A stretch of 59,851 nt of DNA, filler included, from Catajapyx aquilonaris (Eukaryota), in the NCBI GenBank assembly GCA_000934665.2. It is 3 parts of 3 records of this genome, joined end to end, with 100 filler letters (N's around TTAATTAATTAA, not from the genome) between each part and the next. Parts side by side here need not be neighbours in the genome. Positions count along the whole stretch, not along the records: positions 39,872 to 59,851 come from KZ539526.1; 2 more parts are not named here. One strand, 5' to 3'. Made by a program: the position numbers and the translations under genes. The notes below the pieces were generated by a model. That model was not told the DNA's origin and ran no database searches. It was given only the letters and a program-made list of their open reading frames with translations. The stretch's first letter is position 1, and the number at the start of each line of letters is the position of its first letter. This document shows positions 59,467 through 59,851 of the stretch, in pieces.

Positions 59467-59851
59467 GGAGCTGAATGACTTGCAGTGGATGGCTATTATG
59501 TAGTGCTGTGCACGGCTGTGATGACAGGGAAGGGAATCTATGGGTAATAATGTCGATAACTTCTTTTGGACGTATCATTTTTGCAGCATTGATTGTAGAT
59601 GCAATTATTCACTGTGGACGGTGGAAGAAAATGCAAATAATGAGTCTTGCATCATACCCTAATTTTATTGATGTACCTCACAAGTCCCCCTCAAAAACCC
59701 ATAAGGGTTATCGCAGGGTATAAAAAATAAAAAATAAAAGTAAATAAATGATACCTTACAAGTTATGGTTATAAAAAGTGCCAAAGACTTAGCTATATCT
59801 ACTTGTGGAAAGGTAGGGATGTCTGTGTCTGTGTGTCAAAATTTGGTAATA
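59467..59851 (+). repeat. Dispersed repeat, copy B (homologous to 52918-53246), runs to the window end
   Basis: Same collinear blocks as copy A with an extra insertion around 59670-59750. Confidence 0.8.

Overview
Eukaryotic, intron-rich invertebrate genomic DNA, most likely arthropod given the JHEH-type epoxide hydrolase and intronless divergent ionotropic receptors. The window is three contigs joined by artificial 100-nt gap linkers (N44-TTAATTAATTAA-N44 at 19839-19938 and 39772-39871), so adjacency across the gaps is uncertain. Contig 1 holds the 3' part of an enoyl-CoA hydratase, a microsomal/juvenile-hormone-type epoxide hydrolase head-to-head with ABHD13, the 5' half of an SDR16C-type dehydrogenase, and an antisense S1A serine protease with a brachyurin-like pocket. 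Contig 2 (about 20 kb) has no intact gene that I can recognise, only decayed coding-like segments and a Helitron. Contig 3 holds an orphan coiled-coil gene fragment, two tandem divergent IR genes sharing a near-identical 386-bp tract, and the best candidate for a novel system. That candidate is a C2H2 zinc-finger gene whose first two exons encode the N-terminal DNA-binding half of an IS630-Tc1-mariner (DDE_3-type) transposase. The dead catalytic half of the same transposase lies in frame in the next intron, and removing two nested TA-flanked MITEs restores its reading frame. Many MITEs, hAT derivatives, a truncated LINE and fold-back palindromes are resolved with TIRs or TSDs. All gene models were read by eye from GT-AG sites and reading phase, and family assignments rest on motif recognition, not database searches.
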